Origin: an uncultured Candidatus Saccharibacteria bacterium
GTDB lineage: Bacteria; Patescibacteriota; Minisyncoccia; Phycocordibacterales; CAIZIN01
Direction of reading: 5' to 3'
DNA: 47,887 bases
Assembly: GCA_964483025.1 (NCBI GenBank)
Contig: CAYZZT010000001.1
Location: 1 to 47,887 of the forward strand
In this document: in pieces, positions 42,655 to 47,887 of the stretch
Numbering within the stretch: the first letter of the stretch is position 1
Layout: every line of letters begins with the position of its first letter
Translations under genes and position numbers: made by a program
Notes under the pieces: generated by a model
What the model saw: only the letters and a program-made list of their open reading frames with translations
What the model was told of the DNA's origin: nothing
Database searches by the model: none

Positions 42655-43353
42655 ATGCACAATAAATCTATTATCTATACAGATGGTTCTTCTCGAGGAA
42701 ACCCAGGGCCAGGGGGCTGGGGCTCTATTATTTCCTTTGATGGAGTGGTGGTGGAGCTTGGTGGGAGTGAAAAGATGACCACAAACAACAGAATGGAAAT
42801 GTTGGCGGTGATTTCTGCACTCGAATATATGAAAGGGAAAAATAAAGAAAATATTGTTCACACGGATTCCTCATATGTTCTAAATGGGGCAACTCGATGG
42901 GTGCAAGTGTGGAAGAAAAATAATTGGAAAACTCAAGCAAAACAAGATGTTTTAAATAAAGATTTGTGGATGAAGCTCGATGAACTTTTACAAAAAGTGA
43001 AAGTGAGTTGGGTTCTTGTGCCGGGGCACTCAGGCGTACCTGCAAATGAAAGATGTGATGAAATCGCGACAAGCTTTGCTGATGGGGAAGTAACACCACT
43101 ATATTCAGGAGGAGAAAAGGATTATCCTGTGGATTTATCTTTATCACCAGATGCATTTGTGGAGAAGAAAACAGCGAAAAAAACTGGAACAGGCAAAGCA
43201 TATTCTTATGTAAGTATGGTAGATGGAAAAATAATGGTCCATAAAACTTGGGCCGAGTGTGAAGCGCGAGTAAAAGGAGTATCTGGGACAAAATTCAAAA
43301 AAGTTTTTAGTAAGGAGGAGGAAGGGGAACTCTTTATTTTGTGGAGAAAATAA
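42655..43353 (+). CDS. rnhA: ribonuclease HI with C-terminal hybrid-binding-domain-like extension
   Basis: TDGSSRGNPGPGGWG, TNNRMEM, HTDS and GHSGVPANERCDE catalytic motifs. C-terminal YSYVSMVDGKIMVHKTWAECEARVKGVSGTKFKKVFSKEEE resembles the RNase H1 HBD/viroplasmin domain. TGtTATAAT 6 nt before ATG 42655. Confidence 0.8.
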   Translation: MHNKSIIYTDGSSRGNPGPGGWGSIISFDGVVVELGGSEKMTTNNRMEMLAVISALEYMKGKNKENIVHTDSSYVLNGATRWVQVWKKNNWKTQAKQDVLNKDLWMKLDELLQKVKVSWVLVPGHSGVPANERCDEIATSFADGEVTPLYSGGEKDYPVDLSLSPDAFVEKKTAKKTGTGKAYSYVSMVDGKIMVHKTWAECEARVKGVSGTKFKKVFSKEEEGELFILWRK

Positions 43354-43399
43354 AGTAGTTATCAAGTTTGTAAAGTTGAAAGTTTATAAAGTACAGAAT

Positions 43400-43446
43400 A
43401 CAGAAATGATACACTTTTCACTGTCGCGAAAAGTGTATCATTCTGT
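43400..43446. terminator. bidirectional terminator (about 18-bp perfect stem)
   Basis: cagaaatgatacactttt / aaaagtgtatcattctg. Confidence 0.65.
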
Positions 43447-43490
43447 TGTATTTAGATAAAATAAAAACCTCGCCGATTGGTAAGGTTTTG

Positions 43491-43829
43491 TTATCCACGA
43501 CGGGGACGTTGCGGATTTTTGAAATGCTTGAGAGGCGCGGTGTTGTGGATAGGTTTTGCGAAATTATTCCTTCTCTGGTCTTTGGCATTTGAAACCAATG
43601 GTGGGTACCAACCTGAACCAACAGGCTCCAAATAGATTTCCATAGTCTGCACCGAGCGTTGGGTTTCCAATTTTCGTGCTTCTTGTAAAAGATCCATAGC
43701 CTTTTCAACTTTCGGACCATTGATCTGAGTTGAAATGTTTCCCGAGGCTGTGCTTGCACCAGTATGTCTCATTGCATCACAAACGGCCAATGCTACGCCG
43801 TAAAGCAGGGCATTATTTGGTGTTTTCAT
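43491..43829 (-). CDS. hypothetical protein, 112 aa
   Basis: More G+C-rich ORF with a terminator hairpin just downstream (43460-43495). An overlapping same-strand ORF in another frame is less plausible. No family recognised. Confidence 0.45.
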   Translation of the reverse strand: MKTPNNALLYGVALAVCDAMRHTGASTASGNISTQINGPKVEKAMDLLQEARKLETQRSVQTMEIYLEPVGSGWYPPLVSNAKDQRRNNFAKPIHNTAPLKHFKNPQRPRRG

Positions 43830-44059
43830 AATTTGGTGAACTTTTGCTCATAGTATGGTAACACGTATATTACTTGTGTCAATACCAGCTAGGGCTAGGA
43901 CCAATACTTTGATTCAATACATCGAATCAAAGAATTTACATTTAGAACCCAACAAATTTTTGTTTCACAAAACTTAGACGGCCAAGCACCCAAACATTTT
44001 GAACGTTTAGAACGTTCACGTATTTACAACTTCAATATTTGCTTTAAACTTATATTAGC

Positions 44060-45436
44060 TTGATTTACTTTTACACCATCAGTTTTATTTTTGGAATTTT
44101 TTCAAGATTTCTATCTGGAAATTATTTGGTTTTTTTGCTCTTTGTATTTTGCTTAATTTGTGCGTTTTTAGCATTCTATATTTTAACAAAAGAAAAAGTT
44201 TATAGGATTGCAATTTTTCTTTCTTTATTTTTTGTTGTAGGTTTTGTCCGTGCAGATTTTTCAACACTTCAAAAATCACAGTTCGAAAATTTAGAGCAGA
44301 GATATTTAAATCTTTCTGGAATTGTTGTTGTACCACCGAAACTAACAGATAAGGGCTCTAGAATGACTGTGGAGGTATCTGAAATGGGGAATAGTAAACT
44401 TATACGATCTGAGAAAATACTCGTTGCCTATGAAGGTTACGAAAGCTTTGAGTATGGTGACAGGCTCAAAATTGGCGGAGCTTTGGAAAAACCTAAATCC
44501 TTTGATAATGATGTAGGCAAAGAGTTTAATTATCCAATGTATTTAGCAAAGGATGGGATTTTTTTTGTGATGCAAAAGGCGAAGGTTACAAAAGTGGGTG
44601 AGGGGGGTGGAAATTTTTTTATGGATTTCCTATTTAAAGTTAAAGATTCTTTTATTTCTAAAATGCAAACTGTGCTTAGTGGGCCGGACACAGCTTTAAT
44701 GTCTGGAATTCTTCTTGGGGCTCAGGACACAATTGCAAAAAATACGAAAGACGATTTTCAAAAGTCTGGATTGACACATATTTTAGTTCTTTCTGGATAC
44801 AATATTACCATCGTGGGTGTGGCTGTATCTTGGGTATTTCTATTTTGGTTCTCAAAATTTATTTCCTTGGGGTTTGGTGCTTTTGCGATTATTCTTTTTG
44901 CTTTACTTTCTGGTGGGGGAGCTTCCACAGTGCGAGCGACTGTGATGGCTTTGATTGCAATGCTCGGGAAAATTTTAGGAAGAGAAAATGATGCAATTCG
45001 AGCACTTTTTATAGTGGGCTTCTTAATGGTTTTGATAAATCCACTTACGATTATGTATGATCCCTCCTTTCATCTTTCATTTCTTGCAACTTTGGGAATG
45101 ATTTTGTTTTCTAAAAAGGTTGAACTAAAAACAATGTTTATTAAAAACGCAAAACTTCGAGAAATCTTTGCAACCACAATCGCCACCCAACTCCTCGTCG
45201 CTCCATATTTTCTTTGGAGCATGGGCAAAGTTTCCATTATCTCTCTAATATCAAACATTTTCGTTTTACCAATTATTTCCTGGGCGATGCTTTCTGGTTT
45301 TATTACTGGAGTTCTTGGTTACTTCTCATATTACCTTGCTTACATTCCCGGTTTCATATCACACCTTTTTCTTCTATATATCACCACTCTCGCTCACTTT
45401 TTCGCCTCACTGCCATTTGCAGTAATTGGGTTATAA
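44060..45436 (+). CDS. comEC: ComEC/Rec2 family DNA internalisation channel (no metallo-beta-lactamase domain)
   Basis: N-terminal OB/DUF4131-like region, competence domain with SGLTHILVLSGYNITIV, many TM helices. 458 aa, TTG start. Confidence 0.8.
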   Translation: MIYFYTISFIFGIFSRFLSGNYLVFLLFVFCLICAFLAFYILTKEKVYRIAIFLSLFFVVGFVRADFSTLQKSQFENLEQRYLNLSGIVVVPPKLTDKGSRMTVEVSEMGNSKLIRSEKILVAYEGYESFEYGDRLKIGGALEKPKSFDNDVGKEFNYPMYLAKDGIFFVMQKAKVTKVGEGGGNFFMDFLFKVKDSFISKMQTVLSGPDTALMSGILLGAQDTIAKNTKDDFQKSGLTHILVLSGYNITIVGVAVSWVFLFWFSKFISLGFGAFAIILFALLSGGGASTVRATVMALIAMLGKILGRENDAIRALFIVGFLMVLINPLTIMYDPSFHLSFLATLGMILFSKKVELKTMFIKNAKLREIFATTIATQLLVAPYFLWSMGKVSIISLISNIFVLPIISWAMLSGFITGVLGYFSYYLAYIPGFISHLFLLYITTLAHFFASLPFAVIGL

Positions 45437-45468
45437 AGAATAAATAACATAATCTAGACTAAACATAC

Positions 45469-45698
45469 ATACACAAACAAGACGCTATAGCGTCAGTTGT
45501 GTGTATCTTCTATTCGTACCATAGGTAGTACATTATTAAGAGATAACAGATTATCTTTTGTAAATACACAAACAAGACGCTATAGCGTCAGTTGTGTGTA
45601 TGTATATTTTGTTTGTGTTGTCGGCTAGGATTTTTGAAAATACATTTCTTTATTTAATATATACACAAACAAGACGCTATAGCGTCAGTTGTGTGTAT
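45469..45698. repeat. three identical 38-bp palindromic repeats (R1-R3) upstream of the Cas2/PaaX-like gene
   Basis: atacacaaacaagacgctatagcgtcagttgtgtgtat at 45469-45506, 45564-45601 and 45661-45698. Unrelated spacers of 57 and 59 nt. Confidence 0.9.
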
Positions 45699-45776
45699 GT
45701 GGGTTATTGTATTAAAAAATATTCACCCATACACATATTTAAATGCATAAAAAATATAGAAGAGTATAATATTTGT

Positions 45777-46337
45777 ATGGTAAAAGTTGTTAAAAAAATC
45801 CAGAGGGGAGATATCACAAGAACTATTCTAGAAATTGCAAAAGCTACAGGATTGATAGCTACAGCACTAGTTGCTCCTAACGTATTGAGTGCTTTTGCAA
45901 AACTAGGCATCGTTGATTTACATGGGAGACAAAATGAAGTGATAAGACGGGCTAGGAATATTTTAATAAAGAATGGGTGCTTGAAGAAAAATAAGGAAGG
46001 TTTTTTATGTTTGACTGAGAAAGGACAAGAAAAGCTTGATTCCTATAGATTATCAGAGTACACGCTTTTGATTCCAAAAACTTGGGATAAAAAGTGGGGA
46101 GTTTTAATTTTTGATATTCCAGAGTATAGAAAATCTTTGAGAGATAAAATAAGAAAAGAATTAACCAAAATTCATTTTATACGTGTTCAAGATAGTGTTT
46201 GGATTTTTCCATATGACTGCGAAGAGCTTGTTGCACTTCTAAAGGCTGATTTTAAAGTAGGGGAGGATCTACAATATATGGTGGTTCATAAAATTGAAAA
46301 TGATGACAGGCTTCGCAAGGCTTTTCATTTGGCTTAA
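45777..46337 (+). CDS. Cas2-fold / PaaX-C-like protein with putative N-terminal winged helix, 186 aa
   Basis: WDKKWGVLIFDIPEYRKSLRDKIRKELTKIHFIRVQDSVWIFP matches the W-D-x-K-W...FDIPE...LR...L...GF..LQ.SVW.xP signature shared by the PaaX C-terminal domain and Cas2-like proteins. RRARNILIKNGCLKKNKEGFLCLTEKGQEKL looks like a wHTH wing. TATAAT 6 nt before the ATG. Confidence 0.7.
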   Translation: MVKVVKKIQRGDITRTILEIAKATGLIATALVAPNVLSAFAKLGIVDLHGRQNEVIRRARNILIKNGCLKKNKEGFLCLTEKGQEKLDSYRLSEYTLLIPKTWDKKWGVLIFDIPEYRKSLRDKIRKELTKIHFIRVQDSVWIFPYDCEELVALLKADFKVGEDLQYMVVHKIENDDRLRKAFHLA

Positions 46338-46398
46338 AATAAATTTTAATTTGTTTTTATTATTACATTTATTATTTAATAATATTGAACAGAGAGAC

Positions 46399-46661
46399 AT
46401 ACACAAACTTGACGCTATAGCGCCAAGTCTGTGTATGTGGCATTTTTTTATTATTATGATTATGTTTTAGATTGACGATTTTGTACAGTTGTCCTTACTT
46501 AAACACATACACAATGATGACGCTATAGCGCCAAGTCTGTGTATATAGTAGTTTTTATGATTTATTAACAGATTGATTAACCTATGTTTAGGAAAAAACA
46601 TTTTGTATTGTCTCAATTTATATATACACAATGATGACGCTATAGCGTCATCATTGTGTAT
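46399..46661. repeat. three variant 38-bp palindromic repeats (R4-R6) downstream of the Cas2/PaaX-like gene
   Basis: R4 46399-46436 atacacaaacttgacgctatagcgccaagtctgtgtat. R5 46507-46544 atacacaatgatgacgctatagcgccaagtctgtgtat. R6 46624-46661 atacacaatgatgacgctatagcgtcatcattgtgtat (perfect 16+4+16 palindrome). Spacers 70 and 79 nt. Confidence 0.9.
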
Positions 46662-46722
46662 GTATTTTTTTGCAAGAGTATTGAAATGGGGAGTAGTGGG
46701 TTTTATGCGTAGGTTCTTTGAT

Positions 46723-46770
46723 TTGACAATAGGTGGTGGGGGGGGGCTACCATTAGGGGTATTATAAATT
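46723..46770 (+). promoter_or_regulatory. G-tract promoter-like motif, copy 2
   Basis: TTGACA 46723-46728, 18-nt spacer ataggtggtggggggggc (G8 run), TACCAT 46747-46752, then taggggtattat. Confidence 0.5.
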
Positions 46771-46784
46771 AAATTAAAAATTAC

Positions 46785-47219
46785 ATGCTCGAAAGAATTT
46801 TTGGCTCTAATGAAAAGAAAAAAGTTAACACTTCAAAACCACCACATGTTCCAGTTGGTGTTAAGGTTCATACCCACGATGAGTCCATGGGTGAGATCGA
46901 ATGGAATAAGAATGATTTCGTTAAGGTGCCATTTCTTGATGATGAAGACGTGGAGTGTAATATGGTCTTTGCTGGAACAGATGAAAAAAGTGGCAAATTA
47001 CATCTAAATTCAAACATTCTTGATTTTTTAATTGAAAATCCAAAAGAAATACCAAAAGAGTGGAATGGTAAAAAAAATCCTTTTTTGGGAACTGTTTATA
47101 TTGGTAAAGTGATTAGTCCTAGTACTGGTAAAAATGAAGATCAAACATACGTTAAGGTTCTTAATATGCGGTCAGAATCACCAGACTGGGAATTGTGGGA
47201 ACACTCGTATTCTTCTTAG
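46785..47219 (+). CDS. hypothetical protein, 144 aa
   Basis: More G+C-rich ORF behind the G-tract motif. Terminator 47230-47263. No family recognised. Confidence 0.55.
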   Translation: MLERIFGSNEKKKVNTSKPPHVPVGVKVHTHDESMGEIEWNKNDFVKVPFLDDEDVECNMVFAGTDEKSGKLHLNSNILDFLIENPKEIPKEWNGKKNPFLGTVYIGKVISPSTGKNEDQTYVKVLNMRSESPDWELWEHSYSS

Positions 47220-47229
47220 TTATTTATTA

Positions 47230-47263
47230 AAAAATATCAAGGTCAGACCTTGATATTTTTTTA
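47230..47263. terminator. bidirectional intrinsic terminator
   Basis: atatcaaggt-cag-accttgatat flanked by an A-run and a T-run. Confidence 0.7.
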
Positions 47264-47276
47264 CATTTTCTACGGA

Positions 47277-47873
47277 CTATTTACTACTTACCGCATCAGC
47301 AAATCTTTTTTCAGCTACGTCTTGATTTGTGGCTGTTAGGTAAGCTTCGACGTATTTCTTTTTGTCGGCGGGGGTGTAGTCGAGATAGTATGAGTGTTCC
47401 CACATATCTAGGCCGTAAATAAAGTCGAGCCCATTGAGCTGGCCGAGATGTTGTTCATCTACCCATGCGTTGATTAGTCTGTCAGCTTTTTTGTCGTAAT
47501 AAAGAATAGCCCATCCAATTCCTCTTGTTAAACAAATTTTTTGAAATTCTTCATACCACACTTCTCCACTTCCAAAGTCTTTCTTCATCTGTGTTGAAAG
47601 TAAACTTTCTGAATTGCCCATGTTTGAACCGCCTTCAAGTTGCTCAAAATAGTATTCATGATTTCGCATTCCATTAAATTCAAAAGAAAAACGTCTGCGG
47701 AGTTCGTTTATTGCGTATCCGTTTTTATCCAAATCTGCAAAATATTCTGCAATTTTTGTTTGTATTAAATTTGTATGTTTAACATATCCAGCATAAAGTT
47801 TTAAATGCTCCTCTATTGTTTTTTTTGAAATTCCCTCTATTTCAGGGATATTAAATGTTTGTTCTGTGTACAT
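47277..47873 (-). CDS. sod: Fe/Mn superoxide dismutase
   Basis: DMWEHSYYLDY (D-x-W-E-H-x-x-Y signature) plus N-terminal EEH and NH ligand contexts. 198 aa. Confidence 0.85.
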   Translation of the reverse strand: MYTEQTFNIPEIEGISKKTIEEHLKLYAGYVKHTNLIQTKIAEYFADLDKNGYAINELRRRFSFEFNGMRNHEYYFEQLEGGSNMGNSESLLSTQMKKDFGSGEVWYEEFQKICLTRGIGWAILYYDKKADRLINAWVDEQHLGQLNGLDFIYGLDMWEHSYYLDYTPADKKKYVEAYLTATNQDVAEKRFADAVSSK

Positions 47874-47887
47874 GATAATTTAAAATT

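Noticed and set aside
42728-43291. Minus-strand 187-aa ORF antisense to rnhA
   Set aside because: It lies entirely within the well-supported RNase HI gene and has a low-complexity, implausible sequence.
45469-46661. Canonical CRISPR array next to a Cas2-like gene
   Set aside because: Only three repeats per side. Spacers of 57-79 nt are far longer than typical. Downstream repeats differ in their arms. No Cas1 or effector genes in the window. Kept as an unusual repeat-gene association, not annotated as CRISPR.
47180-47219. C-terminal WELWEHSYSS of ORF 46785-47219 resembling the SOD signature DMWEHSYYLDY of the adjacent gene
   Set aside because: Only a 5-residue coincidence (WEHSY) on opposite strands at different loci, with no extended similarity. 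Judged to be chance.

Overview
AT-rich, gene-dense bacterial fragment. All family calls below come from motif recognition by eye; no searches were run. Gene content: type IV pilus genes (PilB, PilC, PilX-like protein, pseudopilins), ComEC, ComM, RecJ, RNase Y, NusA, trigger factor, ClpP, HU, TpiA, Pgk, SOD, RsmE and RNase HI, plus several small toxin-antitoxin pairs. This set suggests a small-genome Patescibacteria/CPR-like organism (inference). The genetic code is standard: TGA, TAG and TAA all terminate well-supported genes. Four things stand out. (1) The first ~3.9 kb is visibly more G+C-rich and entirely plus-strand. It holds three canonical type III hammerhead ribozymes, about 1.6 kb of ORF-poor helix-rich sequence, other repeated RNA-like motifs and small membrane ORFs. 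Two of the hammerheads precisely bound a 744-nt non-coding segment, which is a candidate excised or circular RNA. (2) A Cas2/PaaX-fold gene is flanked by 3+3 copies of a 38-bp palindrome found nowhere else in the window. The arms covary and one copy is a left/right hybrid of two others. (3) A hairpin-ended MITE-like repeat family litters the intergenic regions, and one copy sits in frame inside recJ next to the DHH motif. (4) Many AT-rich genes have a -10 box 6-9 nt upstream of the ATG, which implies leaderless mRNAs. Smaller items: long direct repeats flanking an AAA ATPase cassette and an AbiEii-like cassette, a YafQ-like toxin with an in-frame TAG, a 36-bp tandem repeat, and a shared G-tract promoter-like motif upstream of two unrelated ORFs. 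No rRNA genes or bona fide CRISPR array were seen; the only tRNA is tRNA-Gly(UCC).
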